A stretch of 64,000 nucleotides of DNA from an uncultured Gammaproteobacteria bacterium (GCA_964536515.1 CAZHXI010000002.1:60908-124907), one strand, 5' to 3'. Positions 10,101 through 17,419 are shown, counted from the stretch's first letter. Translations and numbers: made by a program. The notes: generated by a model from the letters alone, not told the origin.

Positions 10101-11009
10101 TACGCTCACGCCGGAAACGCCAGTGTTGGCGATGAATCCGCCGCGGGTGATGGTCACCCCGGTCAGCTGCGCGTCACCGTCAGCCGAAGCCGTGACGTTG
10201 AACTTGAGCAACGGGTTGTAGATGGTGCCGTCGGGAATGGTCATCGCGGCGGGCGTATCCGAGGCCAGAGCCACGGTTACGTTGCTGCCGGTGGGGACCA
10301 CTACGCTGCCCGTGCCGCCCTGGGAAACGTCAGTCAGCGCTGCGTCAGCTCCGTTGATGGAGGTGCCGTTGCTGTAGCCGTTCAGGGTTGCGGCCGGAAC
10401 AGTGTGCACGTACATGCTCCAGAAGCGGTTGGCGTCCATGGCCGACTGGCCAGAGATGGGCCGCTTGGTGCTGCCGGAGATGTAGTACGTGGTGCTGCCG
10501 TCAGAGGCCAGGTAGCCGCTGGGCAGGGTGCCGGCAGCCAGAGCCGTGCCGATGTTGTAGTTCGGCGGGGCGAAGAAGGCGTCCGGCAGGTCATCTACCT
10601 GCTGGGCCCAGTTGCTGCCGTAAAGGGCAACGGCCGTCGCCTCATCGGGGATGTGGCGCAGGGTGCCGGTGGGCTCAACTGCGTACACGCGCGGGTCGGT
10701 GGTGATCTTCACCAGCCGGGTGCCGGCGCGGTACTTTACGTTTCCACCGATGTAGTAGCTGGCCAGCTCGGCGTCAGAGATCGTCTGGACGCCGGAGAAG
10801 TCCGAGTACCACGAGCGGTAGATCTTGTCGTTGGGGAAGGTGTAACGCTTCCCGTCAGCAGCCAGGTAGTACACAGCTGCGCCGCTCGCCTTGATCAGCG
10901 AACCGGCGGCAACCGCGTGGGCTACCGGGACCTGCATAGCACCGACGGCCCACATGAGAGTGGTAACCGAGAGGGCTACGACAGAAAGTCTCTTAGAAAA
11001 AATGTTCAT
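7194..11009 (-). CDS. Large secreted S-layer-like/cell-surface protein (1271 aa)
   Basis: Signal peptide (...PVAHA), N-terminal GSLIKASGAAVYYLAADGKRYTFP repeat-type domain recognised from Parcubacteria surface proteins, long Thr/Ser/Gly/Asn-rich beta-sandwich repeats. Confidence 0.75.
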   Translation of the reverse strand: MNIFSKRLSVVALSVTTLMWAVGAMQVPVAHAVAAGSLIKASGAAVYYLAADGKRYTFPNDKIYRSWYSDFSGVQTISDAELASYYIGGNVKYRAGTRLVKITTDPRVYAVEPTGTLRHIPDEATAVALYGSNWAQQVDDLPDAFFAPPNYNIGTALAAGTLPSGYLASDGSTTYYISGSTKRPISGQSAMDANRFWSMYVHTVPAATLNGYSNGTSINGADAALTDVSQGGTGSVVVPTGSNVTVALASDTPAAMTIPDGTIYNPLLKFNVTASADGDAQLTGVTITRGGFIANTGVSGVSVWDQNGVRHGSILTALTSDGMGTVGFSGEPIVIPAGQTRSVTVAANISGSVDSATVNFSVAGASHLTFTNTPSVNGVFPLMGNTMSVVNGANSVGAVKVDGLTTVGNSASTADGNLEVGNTQMEVAKFQFSETSSREDVQVRQLTFYVEGDINEATDLANFTVYGPDGVALGSAARATNRYVTVTMSSPYTIPQGQNRNLTVKVDATGGANRWFRLQLQNDYDVLVRGLTTGANILPLDGDEGTWTSEISTNGYFKMKQGELTISKSTASPSGNLTLGANNVELARFDITANGENLELQKFALQNANFYDFTGNLSIVDANTGTVYYTGTANATTTYNTSGLTTQTSFSNYISLVTGQMKTIKVMGSLLNNAHSGNTIQIKLGNFYARRLNSLDYTNVATGGQQAGQLTIGSTSLTVTKHATPSDPNSVAPGTNNATFATFVLGNQSAGSANVLINSINVTLAGTGAVNVPTQLTNLKLWDITSGTPVQLGSTRSSVATTSNSFTMQWTIPQNSTRILGISADFNSSIANGTVIYAQLAANHIVGSAVNNTVEAPTTAVNGQMNSMAAAAVRAYFESTSNNNSKIATAGTQDFEVGSFRFEVLNEDVHLHKLAITASTTGANEGLAPNASGTRIFTGFKLFNGTTQLGSTNCYQYDSGLDSSTYGTAAASSTCDALFTFATPVTFLRDFGGVLTVKANIANSGSGASTTVFSVKIKSNSSTYLDLRSNSSSSIQATLQSAGGITAETNKHLYIDTAPVIVSLPVGSYHVRGINDEIARFEVRNYGQVGMTLNQLGFSFNAGGFSSSTSAMDYVHTFKLFDDNGLELASAAAAVALCGGTNIATLASCGAGPNSATTTTFTVPASNAVVPAATGGTYGSRVFSIRANTANVAANSGSSQATRSIQVQATGTRGFSSSDSALITTGNGGTRLWSAGGVLYKFTPAGYSGFYSAQQDASDSYPVTSAQVTYQ

Positions 11010-11331
11010 GGTTATATATTTACCTCACTACGGTGGCTGCTACGCTGCCCGCCGAGGCCGTTGTATCCCCAGGTTCCGCTGGCATCCGCCCGTGGCGGAT
11101 CGACCTTTATCCTTCGGAACGTTGGGCGGCAATCGGCGACATTTCGTACGCCCTTCCGCAGTGACGTTTAACCTATAAGTCCTCGAGACAAGTAAGGGTC
11201 CGAGGGTTGGCTACCTCTCCGCTGCTCGGTGGGAGGGGTGGTCAGCTCTCGAACTCTACCCGTAACGGGTACCTACAGGTTGGCAATTAACTGAAAACTC
11301 TTAACGGAAACAATGAGCGACCTGCAAAAAT

Positions 11332-12546
11332 CTATTTCTTGGCCGGAGCAACCACCGGCTTGCTCTCCACTACCTCCAGCTGGCCCACCGGATCTTCGAT
11401 TACCGTAACGGCGGCGGTGGTAGTAGCAACGGGGGAGGTCGATGTGGGAGTGCTGGTCGCCGCTGGCTGCCACGTGGGCAGCAGCGCCTGGTTCACCAGC
11501 TGGCTCGCCTGGTTCAGCACGTCCTCAATGGTGTCTAGGCTCTCGCCGGCAGCCGTGTTCCACTGCACCGCCAGCTTGAAGTTGCCGAACTGCAGCGCCT
11601 GCTTCGCCTCGTCCAGCTGCTTGCTAACCTTGCCCAGGTCGGTGCGCAGGCCATCGAAGGTGGGCATATCGAACGGCGTGGGCGTGCGGTCGCTAGCCGC
11701 GCTGTACAGGCTCTGGCGAACCTTGGTACGAACATCCAGGCCACCGGAGAGCAGCACGGCCTTCTCGGTAACCTTAAGGCGCTGCTCGGTTGCCGTGATC
11801 GCCTCACCTACGAGCTTAGATAGCTCATCGTTGCTCACGTCGCCACCGGCGACGTTATCCAACAGAATCTCTAGGCTGTCCGCGGTTGCCAAATCGGCGC
11901 TGGTAATTGCCTCGGCGACCGCCTCAGTTGAGGTGCTGCCGCTCCCAGATGAGGTAAGGGCCGCCTTTACGTCTGAAGTGGCCTTCGTTAGACCCTTGGC
12001 GACGGCAACGACCGCGGTTGCCTTGGTATCTTTAGCTGCCATGCGCAGCGACTGACGGGCAGCGGTCAGGTCCCTATTGAGGGCGAGCACGGTATGGCTA
12101 ATGCGATCGGCCTTCTCCTGCTCGGGAATGTCCCGGTCGTTCAGCACCCGAATCTCATCCAGCCGCGTCGCAACGTGCCGGAGGTAGACCGAAGCCTCGT
12201 CCTGGGCCGTGGGCGCCAAGACTAGCTCTACCTTCTCGATAAGGTTGCGCTTAATGGGGTATAGGGTGTCGCCCGAGACGGCAGCCATGCTAGCCCGGGC
12301 AACCATGGTCCCGGTTCCAGATATAACGGTGATGATGAGCACGGCTGCAACCTGGCGAACGTGGGCAAAGCTGAAGTGCCAGGTCTGCCACATGCCGATC
12401 TGCATATTTCGGTAGACCGAGCTCCTGGCCTGTATGCTAGACAGGTAATGTGCCCTCTGCGTCAATAGGCGCCGAGTACCAGCAGCTGCCTCGGGGTTCA
12501 TAACCCTAGCATTCTTAAGTGTTTTTAGCTGCTGCTCGATGGTCAT
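11332..12546 (-). CDS. DUF5667-domain membrane protein, putative anti-sigma factor
   Basis: One TM segment followed by AVSGDTLYPIKRNLIEKVEL (DUF5667-like); lies directly downstream of an ECF sigma gene. Confidence 0.7.
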   Translation of the reverse strand: MTIEQQLKTLKNARVMNPEAAAGTRRLLTQRAHYLSSIQARSSVYRNMQIGMWQTWHFSFAHVRQVAAVLIITVISGTGTMVARASMAAVSGDTLYPIKRNLIEKVELVLAPTAQDEASVYLRHVATRLDEIRVLNDRDIPEQEKADRISHTVLALNRDLTAARQSLRMAAKDTKATAVVAVAKGLTKATSDVKAALTSSGSGSTSTEAVAEAITSADLATADSLEILLDNVAGGDVSNDELSKLVGEAITATEQRLKVTEKAVLLSGGLDVRTKVRQSLYSAASDRTPTPFDMPTFDGLRTDLGKVSKQLDEAKQALQFGNFKLAVQWNTAAGESLDTIEDVLNQASQLVNQALLPTWQPAATSTPTSTSPVATTTAAVTVIEDPVGQLEVVESKPVVAPAKK

Positions 12547-12562
12547 ATGGTCTCTGCTATAT

Positions 12563-12590
12563 ATGTCGGGAAAAGGGACAAAACGTTACA
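12563..12590 (-). promoter_or_regulatory. Putative ECF sigma promoter TGTAAC-N16-CGACAT
   Basis: Matches the ECF-type AAC...CGA/CGT architecture; 16 nt upstream of the DUF5667 start codon. Confidence 0.6.
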
Positions 12591-12656
12591 GGGAGCTCGT
12601 TAGTCGTAGGTCGAAAGTTCGAAGGGTGTAGTTCGTTCGACAAACGACAATCGAAC

Positions 12657-13208
12657 TTACGACAAACTGCCCCTTTCCCCCATCACCTCGCGCAGCCTAT
12701 CTAGGCCCCTGTGGACAAGCACCCGAACGGCACCGGCCGAACGACCCATAATCACGCCGGCCTCCCCCGCCGAGAGACCTTCCATATGCTTGAGGAGCAC
12801 AGCCTCACGCTGGTCCTCTGGCAGCTGCATCAATGCCCGTTGTAGCTCGCTATTCTCTACAGCTAGCTCTGCAGAAGCACTCGCCCCCGCCGGAACACCA
12901 TCTGCCTCTTCTAGAGGGCTAGAGGGCTGCCTATCTCGGTAGTGATCTGCAATGGCAGCACGGGCCATCTGGTAAAGGAATGGCCTTACGCTCTTAACCA
13001 TAGGGCGGTCTTCGTCCGCTGCGTACTCCAGGGCACGAACGAACACATCGCTCGTAATGTCCTCTGCCTGCTGCGCAGTTCCAACCTTGAACGAGACGTA
13101 GCGGTAGACCTCTTTATGGTAGCGATCGTAGATCTTTAGGAACGCCTCGGTACGCCCTGCACGTACATGCAGGAGGCTAATCTTTTCCTCAATACTATTG
13201 ATTATCAT
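12657..13208 (-). CDS. ECF family RNA polymerase sigma-70 factor
   Basis: AEDITSDVFVRA region 2; LPEDQREAVLLKHMEGLSAGEAGVIMGRSAGAVRVLVHRGL region 4. Confidence 0.93.
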   Translation of the reverse strand: MIINSIEEKISLLHVRAGRTEAFLKIYDRYHKEVYRYVSFKVGTAQQAEDITSDVFVRALEYAADEDRPMVKSVRPFLYQMARAAIADHYRDRQPSSPLEEADGVPAGASASAELAVENSELQRALMQLPEDQREAVLLKHMEGLSAGEAGVIMGRSAGAVRVLVHRGLDRLREVMGERGSLS

Positions 13209-13306
13209 TAATATTTAACAAACAAAATACGAACGTATGTATACTGTTCGTACTAAATTATTCCTGTGTTCCTGACCTGAAACACTATAATATTACTGAC
13301 TTTTCG

Positions 13307-14053
13307 TCAAATAGCCGCTATGACCAAAGCTACTATCAAAAGAAGGCCTATGACTAGGCTTGCTATGGTAGCCCATGGGGTAGATCTATTGAGGCTGGCC
13401 ATTCGCTGCCCCAGCCGCATGCGTAGGCCAAATATGGTAAGCAACATCACGATCGCAGACTGAACTGAGTAAGCAGTCGGCAGCAGCAGTATTCCCCAAA
13501 GTACCTGCCAGTAGATTACGAGCCAAGCTGCCTGCACCCACCAGGGATCGCGGGGCAAGCTGTAGACCCATTGAATGTGGTGCAGAAGGCCCAGTATGTA
13601 AACGCTACCGAGCGCCGCTGCAATTAGGGCGCTCTTGGCTACCAATAGGTTACCCAGGCTTAAACCGGTTGCCCCAAACCAGGCCAGTAGCGCCGTAACT
13701 ATAGCCATCCACAGCCTCACCTTAGCTCCCCGCTGGTAGGCACCCTGGAAGAGCACCTCACCGCTGAGCAGTACCAAGCCAACGGTTACGATGGGCAGCC
13801 ACTGCCGCAGGTCTGCCTGGTCCATGAGTAGCCAAAGCCACCCACCAGCCAGGTAGGGCAACGCGAGCACCAAGAAGCGATCCAGTCGCTCGCCCAGCCT
13901 TGCCGCCGGCAGAGCCGAAGCCACCCACCACAGGGCGAGCAGGCAGACGGGAGCGGCCATGTAGACGCTCTTGGGCGAGCTGGCCACCACCAGGAAACTA
14001 ACGGCGCAAGCAGCTGCAGCGAATGCCGGCCCAACCCGCTGGAAGATGATCAT
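13307..14053 (-). CDS. Hypothetical polytopic membrane protein
   Basis: About 8 hydrophobic helices; no recognised motif. Confidence 0.7.
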   Translation of the reverse strand: MIIFQRVGPAFAAAACAVSFLVVASSPKSVYMAAPVCLLALWWVASALPAARLGERLDRFLVLALPYLAGGWLWLLMDQADLRQWLPIVTVGLVLLSGEVLFQGAYQRGAKVRLWMAIVTALLAWFGATGLSLGNLLVAKSALIAAALGSVYILGLLHHIQWVYSLPRDPWWVQAAWLVIYWQVLWGILLLPTAYSVQSAIVMLLTIFGLRMRLGQRMASLNRSTPWATIASLVIGLLLIVALVIAAI

Positions 14054-14128
14054 GGGGGTAGGATAGCAGGATTCGTTGGCCGATACACGAAGCCCCCGCC
14101 AAATTGGCGGGGGCTTGTTTAGACGCCG

Positions 14129-15010
14129 TTAGAGCGCCGGAAAGTTCATCTCGATCTCTCTGAAGATCAGTTCGGGACTCAGCCTACTCCTTGAGCCATC
14201 AGCATTCCTCGGGGCACCGCCGATGGTGCTACTACCGCCCCAACCAGGCTCAAATTGATCCAGGTGGTGAAGGATGGTACCAGGCTTATCCCCAGGGCCT
14301 ACCGGCCAGGTAACTAGCTCAGACTTCTTTGCGACCGTAACCGCCCAGCTGCCGTCTGCGAGTTGCGCAAGGGTAACAACCCTGGTGTGGCCAGCCTCGT
14401 ATAGCTGCCCGAGTAAATGGCCGGGGCCAATAGCCATTGCCCACCCACTGCCTTCTCTGAGCTCATATTCAGCCGCTACGGTTAGCAGCGCCCTCGGTGA
14501 GCCGAAGATAAGGTCCACCTGCGCCACGCTGCTCGCGAGCAGCTCCGCCAGGTCTGCTTTGGCGTACGCTTCCCTAGTCAGACCCATCAGCCCAGCCATC
14601 GCTCGTTTCCAGAGTTCTGCAGTCCGCTTATCTCGGATGGGGTAAGCCGAGCCGTGGGCATCAATGACGCCCGCGACTTCCACCAGGCGGGCGACATCAG
14701 ACGACTCGATCTTGTCTGGATTCTGCAGCAGCCAAACGCTGAGCACCGTATCTGGATCAACGTCGTTGACGTAGACATTGAATCCATTCGGGTCAAAGCC
14801 CAGCATGAGCATGTCGTAGACCTGCCGACACGTGGCCGACGTGAACAGCCTGACGCAGCTCTCATGGTGGTCGCAGCTGAAGCGTTGGTTCTCGATATCA
14901 ATCTCGGGACCCCTGCAGTACCCATCCAAGGCGATGCTCTTCGGCGGCAGCTGCCGCAGCGGAACCGCTGCTCCGCGCTCGATACAAATATTTATACTAC
15001 CCATTCTCAA
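14129..15010 (-). CDS. Hypothetical protein with DHH-phosphoesterase-like motifs
   Basis: LDG, DHH, NDVDPD, DAHG and C-terminal GWGG motifs; own terminator at ~14090-14117. Confidence 0.55.
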   Translation of the reverse strand: MRMGSINICIERGAAVPLRQLPPKSIALDGYCRGPEIDIENQRFSCDHHESCVRLFTSATCRQVYDMLMLGFDPNGFNVYVNDVDPDTVLSVWLLQNPDKIESSDVARLVEVAGVIDAHGSAYPIRDKRTAELWKRAMAGLMGLTREAYAKADLAELLASSVAQVDLIFGSPRALLTVAAEYELREGSGWAMAIGPGHLLGQLYEAGHTRVVTLAQLADGSWAVTVAKKSELVTWPVGPGDKPGTILHHLDQFEPGWGGSSTIGGAPRNADGSRSRLSPELIFREIEMNFPAL

Positions 15011-15145
15011 CGTGCTCCTATTCCATTTTTATTTGGGAAAAAGAATGCATACCATTATTCTCTTGCTTGGTCAATATTAAAGGTTTCACGAATACCCACC
15101 AGCCCTCGCTCAGCGCCATTCTGCTGTCTGTCTTCCAAACCTCAC

Positions 15146-15841
15146 CTACTTCCCCATCCTACGTTCGCGGCGGGCGTACTCAGCCAGCGCCTCGTCGAAG
15201 TGAGCTGGGGTGAAGTCTGGCCACATGGTGGGGGTAAAGTACAGCTCGGCGTAGGCAGAGCGCCACAGCATGAAGCCAGAGAGCCTGGTCTCGCCCCCGG
15301 GGCGTATGAGTAGGTCTAGGTCTGGCACATCGGGAGCGTACAGGTGGGCGCGGATAGACTCTTCGGTCAGTGGCTCCCCCGCCGCTGCAGCTGCGGCCGC
15401 TGCATCTGCCATCTCGGCCTGACCCCCGTAGCCCAGGGCAATGTTAAGGCTGCCACGGGTGCTGCCGGCAGTCTCCTTCTCGGCCTTTGCAATTAAGTCT
15501 TGAATCTTCTGTGGGAACGCCGATATACGGCCCAGGAACCGCAGCCTGGCACCCAATTTGATAGCCTCCTGCAGCCACTCGGCCACGCCGCGCTCGAACA
15601 AGCCCATGAGGTAGCCTACCTCCTCGGCAGACCTATTCCAGTTCTCGGTAGAGAAGGCGAAGACGGTCAGGTGCTTAATGCCCCGCTCGAGCGCGTGGCG
15701 GGCAATGGTATTCAGCATGTCGTAGCCGGCCCTATGGCCGTCCATCTTGGGTAGGCCGCGGGCAGCAGCCCAACGCCTGTTCCCGTCCATTATTAAGCCG
15801 ACGTGTGTCGGCAGCATGCCGTTTTCTATAGGAATATTCAC
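15146..15841 (-). CDS. uppS: Undecaprenyl diphosphate synthase
   Basis: HVGLIMDGNRRWA, FAFSTENWNR, DLLIRPGGETRLSGF, WPDF. Confidence 0.97.
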   Translation of the reverse strand: MNIPIENGMLPTHVGLIMDGNRRWAAARGLPKMDGHRAGYDMLNTIARHALERGIKHLTVFAFSTENWNRSAEEVGYLMGLFERGVAEWLQEAIKLGARLRFLGRISAFPQKIQDLIAKAEKETAGSTRGSLNIALGYGGQAEMADAAAAAAAAGEPLTEESIRAHLYAPDVPDLDLLIRPGGETRLSGFMLWRSAYAELYFTPTMWPDFTPAHFDEALAEYARRERRMGK

Positions 15842-15845
15842 TATG

Positions 15846-15902
15846 TGGTCGGGGTGCCGGGACTCGCCCGCCCGAGGCGGGTCCGCCTATGGCGGAAACC
15901 CG
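15846..15902 (-). pseudogene. 3' fragment of a tRNA-Pro (T-arm, acceptor strand, CCA) with a 30-nt insertion in the T-loop
   Basis: Removing 15867-15896 leaves CGGGTTCGAGTCCCGGCACCCCGACCA. Confidence 0.8.
15867..15896. repeat. 30-nt double-hairpin REP-like element, copy 1
   Basis: CCCGCCCGAGGCGGG + TCCGCCTATGGCGGA, two adjacent 15-nt palindromes. Confidence 0.85.
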
Positions 15903-15933
15903 ATAAGCTCGCGGAAGAAAAGGAGCAGAGAAC

Positions 15934-16009
15934 TGGTCGGGGTGGGGAGACTCGAACTCCCGACCTCGTGAACCCGAATCACGCGCGCTACCAACTGCGC
16001 TACACCCCG
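15934..16009 (-). tRNA. tRNA-Pro(CGG)
   Basis: CGGGGTGTAGCGCAGTTGGTAGCGCG CGTGA-TTCGGGT-TCACG AGGTCGGGAGTTCGAGTCTCCCCACCCCGACCA; full cloverleaf with encoded CCA. Confidence 0.96.
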
Positions 16010-16251
16010 ATAGAATTATCATCCAACCACTTCCTTCCCTGCCCTGATTTCAAAAACTTCTCCCTTCGCATGGCACACTGCTTATTAGCATAGCGCTCGC
16101 AGTACTTCAACTCGAACGGACCATTCTGCCGAGTCCAATCTGAAACCCCAATGTTATGCTCCCTTAGTCGATCAGCTACCGTCTTACCTGTAAAACCAAC
16201 ATACCTCTTCCCGTTCCTCAAACTGAGCAGTACGTAGACGGAGTAGATCAT
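16000..16251 (-). CDS. Small GIY-YIG nuclease (83 aa)
   Basis: YSVYVLLS...RYVGFT...RLREHN...REKFLKSGQGR; its stop codon lies inside the first 10 nt of the tRNA-Pro. Confidence 0.92.
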   Translation of the reverse strand: MIYSVYVLLSLRNGKRYVGFTGKTVADRLREHNIGVSDWTRQNGPFELKYCERYANKQCAMRREKFLKSGQGRKWLDDNSIGV

Positions 16252-16281
16252 GGGTCATAATTTACTTAATCTTGACCCCTA

Positions 16282-16333
16282 CTACCCCCGCCGTAGGCGG
16301 GTCCGCCTTTGGCGGAAACTGCGCTACACCCCG
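16282..16333 (-). pseudogene. 5' fragment of tRNA-Pro (acceptor strand and D-arm start) with a 30-nt insertion in the D-loop
   Basis: Removing 16287-16316 leaves CGGGGTGTAGCGCAGTTGGTAG, identical to the first 22 nt of the intact tRNA-Pro. Confidence 0.82.
16287..16316. repeat. 30-nt double-hairpin REP-like element, copy 2
   Basis: CCCGCCGTAGGCGGG + TCCGCCTTTGGCGGA; differs from copy 1 only in loop bases. Confidence 0.85.
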
Positions 16334-16337
16334 AAGT

Positions 16338-16372
16338 AATGACCTGGGCGCAGTATACGCACCCAGGTCATT
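16338..16372 (-). terminator. Inverted repeat downstream of the SIMPL gene, containing a TATACT -10-like hexamer
   Basis: AATGACCTGGG...CCCAGGTCATT. Confidence 0.55.
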
Positions 16373-16395
16373 TCCGTCTATTCTAACAGACAGGA

Positions 16396-17178
16396 TTACC
16401 TTACCCGGTAGACCAGGGTAACGGTAACCGAAACCTCGTTCTGGCCAACCTCCACCGAGGGGGCCGGAACGGCGCTGCCGCCACCCATGCCCATGGCGGC
16501 ATCACGTGCGTACATAATGGGAGGCTGGACGCCCGTGCCATCCTCCAGAATATCTACGATCTTACCCAGGCGCATGCCGGTGCTCTGGCTCAGCTGCCGG
16601 GCCTTAACCTTGGCCTTGGCAATAGCCTCCTTGCGAGCCGCCAGCAGCGCCTCGTCCGGGTTATCTACCACGAACTGCACGTCGCCGACCTGGTTTGCGC
16701 CGGCGCCCGTAGCTGCGGCTAGCACCTCGCTGATCTTGTTAGACTCGGCAATGCCCAGCTTCACCCGCAGCTCCTGGTACAGCTCGTACCCTTCTAGCTG
16801 CTGCCCGCGATCGTTGGAGTAGGTGTAGCGGGGGTTTAGGTTGTAGCCGCTGGTCTGCATCTCCTCCGACTTAACGCCAGCCGCCTTCAGCGCCTCTACC
16901 ACCTTGGTCATCTGCTCGTTGCCCTGCTTAACGGCTTCCGCAGCCGTCTTCTGCGGCTGGGTTACCAGGCCGATTCGGAGCTGAGCCTTGTCTGGCTTTA
17001 CCAGTGTCTTGCCGCTGGCAGATACGCTGAATACCCGCTCCACCGGAGCCGGCGTAATCTGCTTAACAATCAGCAGGCCGGCCACAATTACCAGCGCAAC
17101 GAGCGCCAGCCGGGGCAGGCTCCCCCACCTATTAGAGCAGCTCGAGCACGAACCGCAGCTGCAATCCTTTTCATTCAT
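16396..17178 (-). CDS. SIMPL domain (DUF541) protein
   Basis: SVSASGKTLVKPDKAQL, GANQVGDVQF, ARKEAIAKAKVKA, VSVTVTLVY; N-terminal TM. Confidence 0.9.
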   Translation of the reverse strand: MNEKDCSCGSCSSCSNRWGSLPRLALVALVIVAGLLIVKQITPAPVERVFSVSASGKTLVKPDKAQLRIGLVTQPQKTAAEAVKQGNEQMTKVVEALKAAGVKSEEMQTSGYNLNPRYTYSNDRGQQLEGYELYQELRVKLGIAESNKISEVLAAATGAGANQVGDVQFVVDNPDEALLAARKEAIAKAKVKARQLSQSTGMRLGKIVDILEDGTGVQPPIMYARDAAMGMGGGSAVPAPSVEVGQNEVSVTVTLVYRVR

Positions 17179-17228
17179 ACGTGCGACGTGGTTAATCGAT
17201 TAGTAGGAATGAGTATATCAGAAACTGA

Positions 17229-17303
17229 TGGTGGGACGTGAAGGACTCGAACCTTCAACCTTGGGCTTAAAAGGCCCCTGCTCTACCATTGAGCTAACGT
17301 CCC
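17229..17303 (-). tRNA. tRNA-Lys(TTT)
   Basis: GGGACGTTAGCTCAATGGTAGAGCAGGGGC-CTTTTAA-GCCCAAGGTTGAAGGTTCGAGTCCTTCACGTCCCACCA. Confidence 0.95.
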
Positions 17304-17390
17304 ATACTGCTTAGCGAACGCGGATCTACCATTGAGATATGCACCCGAGTTTATAACTGTACGGCACCGACCAATCAATAACAACGACAT

Positions 17391-17419
17391 TTGACAATAG
17401 TAGTCAATTGTGATACTAT
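17391..17419 (+). promoter_or_regulatory. Sigma70 promoter TTGACA-N17-TACTAT
   Basis: Consensus -35 with 17-nt spacing. Confidence 0.7.

Noticed and set aside
6008-11171. Long plus-strand ORFs (328, 268 and 420 aa) opposite the ligase and S-layer genes
   Set aside because: Expected antisense open frames in GC-rich coding DNA; no motifs
15846-16333. Group I intron or integrase-type attL/attR explanation for the split tRNA
   Set aside because: Too little non-coding sequence for a ribozyme core, the anticodon arm is missing from the outer halves, and no integrase is present; not formally excluded without a covariance search
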